A stretch of DNA of 64,000 bases from Selaginella moellendorffii (GCF_000143415.4 NW_003314290.1:310001-374000); one strand, 5' to 3'; numbered from the stretch's first letter, positions 14,501 to 28,479 are shown. Numbers and translations are program-made. The notes: generated by a model not told the origin, from the letters alone.

Positions 14501-15446
14501 ATTAAATTTAAAATCAAAATAATTATAATTAAAAATAGAAAGTTTTATTAATATATGTGTATATGTATTTACAAACTTTACACCATCCTTCCCTCTGGAA
14601 AATAATAATAACAATAAATTAGGTGGAACATTTGGAGTTTCTATTGAGCATTTATTGAATGTCACATGAATATGGAGCTCCCACAAAATCACTAATATAG
14701 TTGCTGACAACTATATTATAATAAAACCCAAAGCCATAACACAAGTATTAATTAATTATAAAATCCCAATAAATCAGTTACAACTCTTTGTGCAACTGCT
14801 AAATGCTCAAACCAACCTCAAATCCATAATTTTAAAAGGAAGTAAAAAACTTCAAAAGTCCATAAAACACCATTGTAATAAACAATATATCATGTCTCTA
14901 AATTTGTTTATCAACCATTATTCAAAACCATTGTTAAGTTAGATTTACAATTATCAACAAAACTTGCCTTTACTTCTTTTCTTCAGTCATTTCATTTGTT
15001 CTTTACATCCTCTTTATCTTCTTCTCAAAGGATAAAGAAAAATTTCTAAAGCACTAACTCTTTAGATTTGTTGGACTTATCTTCACTTCGCATATATGTT
15101 TAGCCTCACTTCACTATATCATTTATTCATATTCATTACATGGAACTATATATTCTATTCAGACTTGTTATGTTTGTCCTCACTTCACAATTCATATTAT
15201 TTGTTCTTGGTCCACTATTGTATCATAGTTACAATCCTAGATTTGGAGAAAGGCTAGATTTAAAAAAGAATAAAGGAATAACAATAAAAACATGATTCTA
15301 AACATTAAGTGAAACATTGCTAAAACGCTTTGACTTTTAGAGATAAATTGCAATACCCCTCTTGGGATATGGGAGTAGATATATTAATTGGGGACCACCA
15401 AGATGTATAATCCATATGTTATAATATTTTATAATTAGCAATATTA

Positions 15447-16280
15447 CATATATACATACATACATACATACATATATATATATACACATATACATATATA
15501 TATACACACAGATACATATGTATATATACACAGATACATATATATATATACACAGATACATATGTATATACACACAGATACATATATATATACACAGATA
15601 CATATATATATATACACAGATACATATATATATATATACACATATACATATATATATACACATATACATATATATATATACACAGATACATATATATATA
15701 TACACAGATACATATATATATATACACAGATACATATATATATATACACAGATACATATATATATATACACAGATACATATATATATATACACAGATACA
15801 TATATATATATACACAGATACATATATATATACACAGATACATATATATATATACACAGATACATATATATATACACAGATACATATATATATATACACA
15901 GATACATATATATATATACACAGATACATATATATATATACACAGATACATATATATATACACAGATACATATATATATATACACAGATACATATATATA
16001 TACACAGATACATATATATATATATACACAGATACATATATATATATACACAGATACATATATATATATACACAGATACATATATATATATACACAGATA
16101 CATATATATATACACAGATACATATATATATATACACAGATACATATGTATATATACACAGATACATATGTATATATACACAGATACATATGTATATACA
16201 CAGATACATATGTATATATACACAGATACATATATATATATACAGATACATATATATATACACAGATACATATATATATA
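15447..16280. repeat. Compound satellite (CACAGATACA + (TA)n), ~20-24 bp units
   Basis: Directly visible tandem array of ~830 bp. Confidence 0.98.
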
Positions 16281-16606
16281 TCCGGACCACTCGCTCCTGT
16301 ATATAAGCTAGGGTTTTTGGGCTAATTAATATGCACATTTCTGTATTCCCTTTCCATATTCTATGCACTCACATTGGTGGAGGTGAGGGGCACCTTTGAT
16401 TGTCCCTGGGGAGTGCTTGGATTTGGGATTTTAGTTTAGATCTAGCTTTTGCATTGTCTAGATCTAGCTTTTTCCATTTCCTTTCTTTTGTTCTTTCCTT
16501 TCAAGATTTTGGTTTAGATCTAGCTTTTTGCATTGTCTAGATCTACCATTTCTTTCCAGCTTTTTGTCATTTCTCTTCTTTTGCTCTTTCTTTTTCATTC
16601 ATTTTC

Positions 16607-17540
16607 ATGGCCGATCCGCAATCTCCTCCTTTGACTCTAGAGCAGCAGTTGGTTCAATTGCTTGATGCTATGCGCTTGCAATTGAACAACCAAACTCAGT
16701 TGATGGCGGTGTTCACAGCACATGGTACAACTCCTCCTGCTTTTGGTGCCAATCCTCGCGTTCGGCCGGAGTTCTTTCCTGGGAATCCTGGGGATGATGT
16801 GTACCATTGGTTCGATCACTTCACGGTGATTGCCACATATCATTCTTGGGATGATGCTCGACGTTTGCGTGAGTTCCCCACATGTCTCCAAGGGACGGCA
16901 TTGCAGTGGTACAATGGATTGAGCACAACTACTCGTGGCGATTGGAGTGTTCTTCCGGACGTCTTTAAACGCGCCTTCGGACACGCCGACGATTGTGATG
17001 ATGCCTTCCAACAATTGCATCGTCTTCGCCAAGGGCCATCTGAGTCGGTGATGCAATTTGGCGTTCGTTTCCGAAGTCTTTTGCTTCGTGCGGAGCTAAA
17101 TATGTCGAAGCGGATCAAGCTAGGAATGCTGTGGCCAGCACTTCATCAAGATCTTGTCGGACTTGTGCATGCACTTGCTCCTGCCAATCTTGAACGATGC
17201 TCTTCGCTTGGCACAACGTTATGAGACGTTGCCTCTTCCACTTCTTGCTACACGTCCTTCAGCTCCACTTCCTATGAGTGATAGTCCTGTTCCCATGGAG
17301 GTTGATGCTGCTGCTACTCGAGTCCAAGGACAAGGGCGAGGACGTGGTCGTGGCCGTGACGTTCGTTGCTGGGCGTGTGATGAAGTTGGTCATACTTATC
17401 GGCGTTGTCGGCGCTTTCCGGATTGGCGACCTCCATTTCCTGGGTGGAGACCTTGGCGTCAGCAACGTCCCGTTGGTGCTGCTGCGGTGGAAGGTTTGGA
17501 TACCGAGGTGCATTCGGGAAATGAGGAGTCGCACGAGTAA
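16607..17540 (+). pseudogene. gag: Gag with CCHC zinc knuckle and a 1-bp frameshift near 17192
   Basis: Retrotransposon gag core (LQGTALQWY...LRQGPSESVMQF) and CWACDEVGHTYRRC. The decayed copy (ctt aat gat gct) lacks the extra base. Confidence 0.9.
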
Positions 17541-20500
17541 TGGAGGGACCTTGCGCGAATAAGTTAGTGACCCCTCTATCTTTCTTTCGGGAGTATCATC
17601 AAGGGGTTCACTCGGCACCGGTTCATCCAGTGTTTACTTTCCAAGCTCGTTTTTATAACAAGAGGTCTCCTATTCTTCTCTCCGTGTTGGTTGATACAGG
17701 TTCGAGTTTATCTTCTATTGCTCGACCTGTTGCCACACGTTGTCGTCTACACTTGCGTCGTGCGGCGGATCCAGTTTTCATTCTTTATGGCAACGGCCGT
17801 ACACATGCATGTGCACGAAATGAGGCGGACCTGGTTGTGCGTGTGGGCAATCTCGAGCTTGAGTTGCAGTCGTTGCGGGTGGTGCCGAGTCAAGCTTTTG
17901 ACCTCATTCTTGGTATGGATTGGTTGCAGCACAATCATGCCAAGTGTGACTTTGAGGCTTCTCCCCCTTGTCTCATACTTCCTTATGTTTCATCCATTCC
18001 TCTCACTTCCGTACCTCTTCGTCCCTCTACTTCTACCTCTGCTTCCATTACTTTTGTTCCCCCACTATTTCCTCTTGTGTTTCCATCTTGTTCTGCTCTT
18101 CCCTTTTACGATCCCTCCGATGATCTTTGTGTTGTAGCTGTTGACCAGCTCATGAAGGAGTATTCTGATCTCTTTGAATTTGACCTATTGTCTGGGGCCA
18201 AGATTGCCACACGTCATCCCATTCCAACCGGGGATGCTCGTCCAATCAAGGTTCCTGTTCGTCGTCGGTCACCCAAGGAGATCAAGATTTTACGTGTAAA
18301 CGTCAAGGAGATGTTGGAGAAGGGTGTTATTCGGAAGTCGTGGAGTCCTTGGGCATGTGAACCTCATCTTGTGACGAAGCCTGATGGGAGTATTCGTTTC
18401 TGCATCGACTATCGTCCGCTAAATGAAGTGACGATCCCGGACGTGTACCCTCTTCCTCACACTGCTGATCTCTTGGATTGTCTAGGGCGAAGTCGTTGGT
18501 TCACCAAGCTAGATCTTGCTTCTGGGTATTGGCAAGTACCGATGGCTGAAGAAGATATTCCTAAGACTGTTTTTCGTACACCATTTGGTTTGTACGAGTT
18601 TTTGGTGATGCCGTTTGGTTTGAACAATGCTCCAGCAACTTTTCAGCGGATGATGGACAAGGTTCTTTGCGATATGCCGGAGGTGACGGCTGACTTCATT
18701 GATGATGTCTTGATCCACTCGGAGGGGACGTGGGAGGAGCATGTTCGTGATGTTTGTAAAGTGTTGGATCGGCTACGCGACATTGGTTTAAAGCTAAAGC
18801 GGTCAAAGTGCGTGTTTGGGTCCAAGGACACAACTTATCTTGGGTACCGTATTTCTTGTGAGGGTTTGCAAGTTGATCCTGACAAACTTGTGGCTGTTCT
18901 AAAGTTCCCTACTCCGAAGTGTGTGAATGATGTGCAGCGCTTTTTGGGTAAGGTGCAGTATCTCGGTCGTTTTGTGGATCATCTTTCCGATCGCACTACA
19001 CCATTGCGAGCGTTGCTGAAGTCATCAACGTCATCTTTCATTTGGTCTCCCGATTGTGAGCGGGCGTTCGTGAATCTCAAAGAGCTATTGACGACTCCTC
19101 CGGTTTTGGCATATCCTGACTACACTCGACCTTTTATTTTGCGCGTGGATGCTTCTGACATTGGTCTTGGAGGTGTGTTGATGCAAGAGAGCTCGAGTGT
19201 GCCTGGTCAGCGCCATCCCATTGCATACATAAGCCGTACATTACAACCAGCGGAGATGAACTACTCCACGACGGAGAAAGAGTGTTTAGCAGCAGTCTGG
19301 GGTTTCGAGAAACTTCATGCATATCTATATGGTTCTCGGACGTTACTTGAAGGTGACCATGCTGCTGTTACTTCATTATTGAAGCGGAAGAACCTGGTTG
19401 GTCGTACGGCTCGATGGGCTTTGAAGCTTCAGATATATGATTTCGATGTTGTTCATCGCCCAGGGAGTTCTATGGCTGATGCTGATGCCCTTTCTCGAGC
19501 TCCTCTTCCTTCTCCACTCCATTCTCATGTTTCTGACAAACCTGTTGTTCCAGCATCTGTGGATTTTCTAGATGAGGATTCTGTGCCGTCGACGGTTGCT
19601 GTCCTTGACGTTCAATGTCCACAGGGCGTAGAGCAAGATCTACCTTCTCTGGATGAGGTTCGCGAGGCTCAAAAGATTGAGCCGTGGATTCGAAGGCTTC
19701 GAGATGGGTTTGAGAATCCTGCATCACTTGCTGATGACTTGCCTTTTCGGCATTTACATTCTTAATATCGCCTTGAAGATGGCCTTCTTTATTTTGTGGG
19801 GACGGATCCTGATGATCATTTACGGCTGGTGGTGCCTTCGGTGTTTATTCCGCGGTTTCTCCATGCCTACCATGATTCTCCTATTCTAGCTAGGCATATG
19901 GGACACCGTCGTGTCACCGAGAAGTTGCACAGATCTTTCTATTGGCCAGAGATGCGACGTGATATTATCCGGTATGTGCGTAGCTGCGTTTGGTGCCAAG
20001 CTTGTAATACTCCCCCTTGTGCTGCGGAAGAACGGTTGGAGTCAATTGCAGTTTCTTGTCCGTTTGAGTTGGTGGCGTTTGATCTTATGGGACCTTTTCC
20101 GCGATCGACTGCTGGCAATGAGTATGTTATTATTGCTTTTGATTACTTGACTCGTTGGGTGGAAGTTGGTGCTCTTGCTAGTGCCTCTGCAACTGCTGTT
20201 GGATACTTCCTCCTCAATCGAGTGGTGTTCCAGCATTCTTGTCCAGAGTGGATTCTTTCGGATAATGGTCCTGCATTTATGGCTGAGGTATTTCATGTTT
20301 TGACATCTCGATTGGGGATACGCCACACTTTTACGAGTGCTTATCATCCACAATCAGACGGTCTGGTGGAACGGCTCGTTCGGACATTCAAAGGGATGAT
20401 TGCGAAATATGTGAACTTTCAACATTCGGATTGGGATGGTTATTTGCCGTCTCTTCGGTATGCTTATGTCACAGGGGTGCAGAGTTCTGTTGGTGCTTCA

Positions 20501-21004
20501 CCATATAAACTTCTATATGGTCATGATCCAATATTACCAACAGAGCTGGGTTTACCTTTGCGATTGCCACGAGCTCCTGATGCTAGGTCATGGGATCAAT
20601 ATTTGACAAGCATTCTTCCACTTGTCTGAGCAGAGTCTGCTGAACACTTAGGCCGCGTACAAGTGGGACAACAACGGCGCTACAATTCCCATCATCGTCC
20701 ACCTGCGGAGTACAAAGTGGATGATTTGGTGTTAGTCCGTTTTCCCCATCTTACGGTACGTGGTTTATCTAAGGGGCTCCTTGCACAGTGGAAAGGACCG
20801 TATCGGGTGTTGCGGCAAGTTGGACCACAAGTTTATGAGGTTCGGCATAACGTTCAGCAGGCCGATCCTCCGGAGATTGTGCATGTGCAGCAGTTAAAAC
20901 GCTTCATACAAAAGGATCAGGAGCAGTTAATACCGTCTACAGATCCACCGATGCCTCCTCCTGACGTTCCTCCAGATCCCGGCCCATCTACAAGAGAACC
21001 CTGA
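17540..21004 (+). pseudogene. pol: Pol (protease-RT-RNaseH-integrase) with two premature stops, TAA 19763 and TGA 20627
   Basis: LVDTGS; RFCIDYRPLN, LDLASGYWQ, MPFGLNNAP, FIDD; DAS, NYSTTEKE; HHCC; integrase core (SDNG, YHPQSDGLVER); GPY/F module (WKGPY). All three ORF pieces share one frame. Confidence 0.95.
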
Positions 21005-21601
21005 CAGCCTTCCATTATTCCAAGAGGAGGGGATGATGTGAGGGCCAAGTGTACGGCTACGATGCCGTATACTAATATTAGTGTAATGGATTTTGGTAGC
21101 CGTCGGATTAGTTTCAATCTGGACCACTCGCTCTTGTATATAAGCTAGGGTTTTTGGGCTAATTAATATGCACATTTCTGTATTCCCTTTCCATATTCCA
21201 TGCACTCACATATATAAAATAAATGCTAATATAGAAGGTTTCTTTGAATAATGAGTTTAATAATTACTTCTATAATATATTTTATTAAAAAACTAAAATT
21301 GTGAGTGCACAAAATGTCATTTTAAAAACAGTTTATGCAACCCAAAAAATAGTGTTATTATATAATCATCTTTGTATATTGCACAATTACTTTTACAAGA
21401 TTAAAAAATTCAAAATATATCCATTCAAACATTGAAATGACTATTTTGGGTAATTTCTATCTATACAAATTAATGTACGATAAAGCATTTTATCATATTT
21501 TAACCCACCTCTCAGTTTTGAGGTCATTTAGACGAGATACAATATTTATATGCTATATTACCTTTTATGTAGTTGGAAGTTAAAGAGGACGCACACACAC
21601 A

Positions 21602-21702
<101 letters not shown>

Positions 21703-21751
21703 TAACCTCTGCACTGCACACTAGCGGCTAGCAGGGATCAAGGGTGATCTT

Positions 21752-22895
21752 CTAACTCCTCCACGCTCGCTTGGCCTTGTAAAACACGTCGATCAGCCTC
21801 TCCTGGCTCAAATCCACCCCGGGGACCAGCTGGAAAAACTTCATGTAGAAAGGTGCGAGAGAGTGTGCCGTGCAGACCTCGCCTTCGTCCATGGCTTCCT
21901 CGATCGTCCTGGCCAATTGCTCATGCATGGAAGCTCCATTACCAGCCGGGAACGAGAGCAGGAACTCCTGCTGTGGGCGAGTGAAGTAAGCGTCGAGTCC
22001 CTCGTCCACACGCTGCTGCTCCTTGGCTCCCATGCCGGAGTAAGCCAAGAGATGATCCACGTACAGGTACAGCCGCTCCATTGTATCCCTGTCCGCTCTG
22101 AGCTTCTCGAGAGCTTCTAGACCGAATCGCATCCACATTGCGTGAGAACAAGCCTCGAAACATGCTGGACCAAGGATGCTTGGGCAGGAGGCACGCAAAC
22201 CAGACTTCCAGGGTGAAGAGGATGGCGCCATCCTCCATGCTCACGAGCTCCACCTCGAGGAGTGATCGCTGAGAGGACTGCTGCTCCATAAACTCGAGGA
22301 GGGCCTCAGCGCTGATGGCAAAGCACTTGGTTTTGTCCCACACCTTGATCGCTCTTGTAGCTTCCTCTGGCTCCCGATCTTCGTAAGTTACTGGATCCAC
22401 CTTGTTACAAGCCACAGCGTCTATAAGCCCCTGGATTGATCTTGGGACTTCACAGCTGCCAGCGCTAGCTCCTCGCGGCGGCTTCGTGTTATCGTTGCCC
22501 CTGTGCTCCACCAAGAAGGTGTCACAGTCGTGAGCCCAAGAACACACAAGATCCAGCATGCTTGGTCTTCGATCAAAACCCATGCTCGCTCTTCTTTGCG
22601 CCATTTGCAGCCCTGATCCATGTCTTTGTGACACTTGGCTGGATCCGCAGATCTGCCAGAGTTGGAGGGCGATCGATCCTCATCTCCCTCTCTCCAAGAA
22701 CCGTGAATTTTTTGGTGGTACCTTTCTGGCGATCCTCTTGCTGGCGCTTGCGATCCTCTTGAAGGTGTTGCCGGTGTCTTGGCCGGGGGCGACGACGGAG
22801 AACCTGGAGAATGCATGGCGAAGCTTTTCTTCTTGCGATGGAGTAAATAACGCGCTCCTCTTCTCGCGAATAGCTAGGGCTTTTCCCGCCACCAA
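21752..22895 (-). pseudogene. Intronless GC-rich gene of unknown function, broken by a stop (~22680) and a frameshift (~22200)
   Basis: Consecutive coding-like ORFs 22680-22895, 21939-22634 and 21752-22231. A partial duplicate lies at 26590-26775. Confidence 0.5.
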
Positions 22896-22927
22896 GTAGT
22901 GATCTTTCGATAGGGTTTTACGATATT

Positions 22928-24600
22928 ATGGCGCTTGTCTCGACGCCCTGGGCGCTGTTCTTGGATCGATCCAACAGGTACGATCTCCATCCAGACCTGC
23001 ATTGGGCATGCTGCAAGGTCGCCGGGCGTCGATCACAAAATCGTCGTACAAGGTATGGCATTCTTGGACTTATGGATCCCACTTAAATTCTTGTGGTTGA
23101 GGCCAGAGTGCCTTTAGCTACACAAATTTTCACTAGTCTTATGGGTGATCAAGAAGGAACTGACAGGGTAAATTGATTTCTCAAGGTTCATTCACTAGTG
23201 TCAAGCCTGTCTTCTTTTCTTTCAAGTCAGTGGTGGCCGGCTGTAGACAGCAACGGAGAACTGTCGTCATCGCCAGTTGTTTAGAATGTGAGTCCGCTCT
23301 AATCTCCACTCTTCAAGTATACTTACACGACGAAATCACTCTTCTTTTTTGCAAGAAGCGGCCGCCAAGTGCATCATGATTGACTTCATCAAGCTTAGTC
23401 GATCATTGCTTGTAACCTGCGGCCCAAGCTCACAGGACACTTCCACGTAGAGCAATTTCTCTTCGCTGGTTGCTGATGCAGCTGCTTGCTTCAACGTAAA
23501 TGGCTCCCACTGCTTAGCGAAAGCATTTGGGATGCCGTACGTGGTGGTTTCTTCTTTGGAGGAACTGAATCCTGGAGGGCTGATTCAACTAACAACGATC
23601 ACGGTACCAGTAGCATTCTTTTGATCTGCTAACTCTGTTTGTTGTTCAGCTCTTTGCCAATAGATGCACTCTAAGGACACAGGCCTTCTCTGTAAGTCCG
23701 ACACGCACATTGAAGCTGGATGTTCTACTTCGTCCGTCTGTTTCTACATTCTGTTCCTGGCCAGGTAAACATTTGTTTTTCGTATCTATCCCCATAAATT
23801 ACGTTTCCTACCTCTCGCCATTTGTTCAGATGGAAGCGCAATCATACGATCCATTGCAGCATGAACGAGGGTGCGACTCAAAGCTTTGCAACGCTGTAAG
23901 CGAAACCTTGCAGTTTGGGTTATTTTTACGCACACATAACTCACTTCGTTTTGAATCAGACTAAATAAGCAGTTTGGTTCTCAACATGACTCAGAGGCCA
24001 GGAACCAATTGAAGGCTTCAAAAATTCTCCACAGCAAAATGCAACAACACAAAAGACATCATTTCCGCTCAACGCCTCGCAAGTTCCAAGCGAAGATCGA
24101 GGAAGAAAAAGTCGTGACAACGCATAAGGTGTTGTTGCCATTCTACTCTTTGTTAATACTCACCAAGCTCAACCATTACAGGTCTTGCAGGTCGACGAGG
24201 TTGCTAAAGCGGATGGAATATGTCCCTCGAAACTATTCGCCCAGAGGATCAGGTGATGGCTTTCGCTGGGAGTTCTCCTGCAAGAGTGTTAAAGCTCGCT
24301 CCATCAAACTAGCACACCTTTGGAGGGAGGCAAACACAGATCAGCATCCAGGCGATTGTTTTGTAGGAGCAAGCTTTCTATGGTGTTGAGATTGTTGGAG
24401 CTGAGATCCAGGTACCTAATGAGAAGTTCAAAACGCGCTGGTACCTCACCTGGTTGCCGACATAAGGGGACCGATTCAACAAACAACTAGTCGGACATGA
24501 AAGTCCCCGAGGTAAACGTGTTTTTGTTTGTGTCTGTTCTGTGTTTCCTACCAGCCAGGTGTGCGGCCTGACCATGTGAAAAACTCGGTCTGCTTGTCTT
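22928..24600 (+). pseudogene. Probable multi-exon gene remnant, family unrecognised
   Basis: Repeated GT...AG short intron-like segments between coding-like blocks that contain stops. Confidence 0.25.
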
Positions 24601-24840
24601 TATCAAGGTTAAATGAGTAAATCTTTGCTTAGTTTCTCAAGTTGTCCAGAATTCTTAATTCCTCGATCATTGAGCTTATGCATACAAAGCTCCAGCTTCT
24701 TGGGGAAACAAGCAGGTTACTTGTCTCCTTTTTCAATGCCAATACATTCTTGTCAGGGAAGTTTGCGATCTGACAATGAAACATTCCGTCATACGGTCGT
24801 GAATTAACTTATTATCATGAGTTACAAATGTTCATGCGCT

Positions 24841-25737
24841 CTAAGAAGTTTTCTGGTAAAACAGAATGTATGCATCTGTGGAGCTAGTGTGTTCTGAAAC
24901 ATGTTCCACCGATTCGTCGTCACATGCATACCACTCACTGTTTCCAAGTTTTATACTCGCTGTATAGTGCCCGTAATCAGCGTCACCCGTGTGGTTTATC
25001 AACCCATATAGTGAGTAGTGCTGCCCCGAGATCTCCACACTTTCTGGAATATCTATGGCAGTATCAATCTTTTCGACATTCCCAGACGAATCACACTTGA
25101 ACCTTGCGAGATGGAGAATCAAGCAGGCTGGAAGTTTCACAAACTCCATCTTCTTGCAAATGTTGTGCTGCTTACTCTTGCACTTTGAGCAGCACCATGC
25201 ATCCAACATATCATCTTTTGTGTACTCTTGAATGCACGATTCTAGGGTAATGGTGTTGCCCACAGTCGATGATGGTACTGGCAGCGAGAGAGACATGAAA
25301 GTCTCAAGTGTCACCGAGGCCTCGTTGGAGCACTTTGGGCACTGTAGCTTTGTTCTACTCTGGCCCTCAAAAATTTCTGCAACTAGCGAGCTTTGCACTT
25401 GACCACCACCTTTACGATCCTTTCTCCCTGATTTCACAGGCTTCATTTTCGTGGCAGCCCTCAGCTCTTGATCCAAAGCATTCAAGAGGAACATGAGATA
25501 CTCCTGTGCATCCTGTTGCGAGCCTGGGCTAGATTGGAGCTTGGGTCCTGGCTTGATGGACACGCTCGCGTTGCTACGCATGCTCTCAATGATCAGCTTC
25601 CTGAAATCATTCGCCACTTCACCCCTGATCTTGTCCGACTTTGCAAAGAAATCTGATAGCCGTGGCGTATGTAGCAGGCACTGGAGGCTGCTGTTCATCG
25701 AGCACGTACCTCCCTGGTTCTGAAGACCAATCGCCAT
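24841..25737 (-). CDS. Ubiquitin-specific protease (peptidase C19), intronless minimal catalytic domain; ORF open to 25836
   Basis: Cys box GLQNQGGTCSMNSSLQCL, QQDAQEYL, CxxC pairs, LHLARF, His box LINHTGDADYGHY, WYACDD, AYILFY. Confidence 0.93.
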   Translation of the reverse strand: MAIGLQNQGGTCSMNSSLQCLLHTPRLSDFFAKSDKIRGEVANDFRKLIIESMRSNASVSIKPGPKLQSSPGSQQDAQEYLMFLLNALDQELRAATKMKPVKSGRKDRKGGGQVQSSLVAEIFEGQSRTKLQCPKCSNEASVTLETFMSLSLPVPSSTVGNTITLESCIQEYTKDDMLDAWCCSKCKSKQHNICKKMEFVKLPACLILHLARFKCDSSGNVEKIDTAIDIPESVEISGQHYSLYGLINHTGDADYGHYTASIKLGNSEWYACDDESVEHVSEHTSSTDAYILFYQKTS

Positions 25738-26589
25738 TTGATAGTTTTGAAACCCTAGGACCCGTTTTGTAGGAACGAGAACCTTTTTGATAACAAAACG
25801 GCAATGTTGTGAGCAGCAAAGCATCCCGCCTGGCATCCCTCGCGCTAGCGATGGTGGATTCGAGGGTACTCCGCGAAGGGAGCCACTATTCTATCAGTGT
25901 GGGCGGTAGTCTGCTTGTCTGTCTTCCTCGTCGCTGTGCTTTCTGATGTTTAGTATTGTAGATTGATCGTAGGGAGCTCCAGAGGGGGGAAAAAAGGTAC
26001 ATTTTTTTGGTCCTTGGTGATTCTATCGTTTTCAGCTTTCTGATCATAGGAAGATGGAACTTCTCCGACGTTGGACAATTTCTATGACCTTCCAAAAGTA
26101 AGAAACAACAATGGGAAATTTTAGCAATTTAATTTTTCATGGTGAATCTGTTTAAACAGGGACTAACGCACAAGGAGATGATCACTGCTCGGCACCACTA
26201 CCTCAAGTGCCAAGCTCATCCCTCCACGCCAATCCGGTCTTTCTAAGTTAAACTATGCCTCAGGTTGGTCAGCCATCACAACCAAAGTATGTTCAAATGT
26301 TCTCTCAAAACCTTTCAGATTATCTTTGCAGGAAACAGGATCCAGTCATGAAGTCGCTTTCTTTCTGAGTAGCATTTCAAAGGCCTTGTTTCTCTGGTAG
26401 CCAGGAAAATCTTCACGTCCCAACTTGCATAATCTTCGGCTTGAGGTCTCTTTGTATCAATCTTTTCCCCACTCTGTTCTATGTGGCCGCTGTATGTAGA
26501 GTCTTCCAGATCGAAACAAGACCTTGGCTGCTGCTCATCATGTTCCTTGCATAGATCCTGCATTTGATTTCACACTTGATCTCTATTAC

Positions 26590-26775
26590 AAGGCGCAAGA
26601 GAGTGTCCCGTGCAGATCTTGCCTTTGTCCATGGCTTCCTCGATCATCCTGGCCAATTGCTCAGTCAGAAACAAGAGCAGGAACTCCTGCTGTGGCCGAG
26701 TGAAGTAAGCATCGAGTCCCTCATACCAGAGTAAGCCAAGAGATGATCCACATACAGGTACAGCTGCTCCATTGC
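26590..26775 (-). repeat. Partial duplicate of 21850-22085
   Basis: gtccatggcttcctcgatc.tcctggccaattgctca and gagtaagccaagagatgatccac are shared, with deletions. Confidence 0.85.
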
Positions 26776-26777
26776 TA

Positions 26778-27395
26778 TTCTTGAGCTCATGAGTTGTAGT
26801 GAGTTGAGTTAAAAATTAAGGTTTAAATATTTTCAGAGCTATATTATATAGGTAAAATGTTATAAAGGACACTTCTTTTCAACACCATAATAAGGATGTT
26901 CGTTAGAACATAAAATAAGATAAGATTTGTTTACAAAAACAGTAATCTTTTCACTTTCTTAAATTTGTACTTTGTGCTTTTTGGCTAGTAATTGTTAGAT
27001 TTGTCAGAATTTAAAATTATCAAATTTGAAATAAGATTCTATATAAAGGTATATAACCATTTGAAAGAAAAAAAAAGAACCATTGATGTAAGCTTGTTGT
27101 ATATAAAAAAGCAATGACAAAGGGTATAGCACATTGGGTGAAAAAAAATACTTTCTTACTTAATTTAGAAAATTGCAATTTTGTGATTTTCAAAAAATGC
27201 CTTATATGTTTCTGGCTTCAGTGGAAACAAAGTGACAATTAGTATCATGATATATATGTTCTTGCAACATATTCCAACATCATGCACATGAAAGACTACC
27301 ATGAAATATCTTTTGAAATGGTAAAGATAGAAATAAATATACATGAGTATTATGGGCAATATTGCAAAAAAAAAAAAAAAAACACTTGTGTCGCA
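26778..27395 (-). mobile_element. Decayed right-end fragment of the MULE family, inverted
   Basis: Reverse-complement match to ~42980-43945, including the TIR remnant ttgagctcatgagttg and a zinc-finger gene remnant (KDYHEISFEMVK). Confidence 0.85.
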
Positions 27396-28479
27396 AATGT
27401 GATTATGAATATCAAAAGTTACCTATTAACTAATCTTTTCAAATATTCTTTTTTTACTGCTATGACAGTAGAAAGTTAATATTACTAGTTCCCTTTTTCA
27501 GCCCCTCTTGATCAAGTGTTAATAAATTGGGCTTAACATTTATACTTAGCCAAATGAATATAAGGTAAGAACTCTTATGTGTTTCTTGTTGAGCATATTT
27601 AGTTTGTTTCTTAGTTCTCTTTTACTTTATCTTGAACTAGCTTGACAAGAACTCTCATATATTGAGACTAGTCCCACAATATTGCTAAATAATAGTTTAC
27701 CGTATTTGCCAAACACCCTTATTATCATGCTTCATATGTTGGTCTCATTCGGTCCCAATTGCTATTTATGGAAAGTGTCTAGATTTGCTAATTTGGTATA
27801 TTTATAGAATGTAAAGATTATTTTGAACACAATAGTGTTGATCTTGTGTCCAAATTTGCAATCTAGCACTATTCCATTTGTAATAAATTTTGATGTTTAT
27901 CCCAAAGACTAACTCTTAGTACTAAGGGTGTCTAAGGGTGAAAGCCCAAAGCGTCTGTTCCTTAAGAAGAGGAAAGGGAAGGAAGGGGTGGGAGGGGTTT
28001 CTAAATGTATAATAAGGATAATGGGTAAATTAAGTATAGCGAACCAATATGAAGTATAGTTTAGCTTTTGTTTGCGTGCTTGTCCTTGTTTTGCGTCTGG
28101 CTTGGGTTTAAGCCTAAATTCCACACTATGCTAATTGATGGAGTACCCATATCCTCGTGTTAGACCACTAGTATACTAAAATATTGCTAAACTCCATTTG
28201 ACTCCATTTTGCGTATTGGTCTTAGGATGTTAAAAGCTTTAGAACAATTATAAGTCAATTTATGCTTTTGTCTCTTCACTCCTTGGGTTGGATGCTCAAG
28301 AGTCACTCCGTGCTTGAGTTCTTTCATTCCTTGGCTGCAAGCTTGGGAGTTTAGCTTTGTCCCTTCATTTAGTAGTCCAAGGCCCTAAAACTCAAATTCC
28401 ACTCTATTGTCCTTGGACATGTAGCATATAAAGGGTTTTAGGTTCCATTTCGTGGTTATCCTATGGTAATTTGCCATAG

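Larger units (their letters stand above)
16281..21210 (+). mobile_element. Near-intact Ty3/gypsy LTR retrotransposon with short LTRs; 5' LTR truncated
   Basis: Right half of 5' LTR 16281-16373; PBS TGGTGGAGGTG (tRNA-Ala-like) at 16375; gag and pol; PPT 21022-21033; 3' LTR 21037-21210 (TGTGAG...CTCACA). Confidence 0.97.

Noticed and set aside
15337-16368. Long Y/I/C/M-rich ORFs on both strands
   Set aside because: Translations of the stop-free TA satellite.
20880-21004. Chromodomain at the integrase C-terminus
   Set aside because: Only a short Pro-rich tail follows the GPY/F module.
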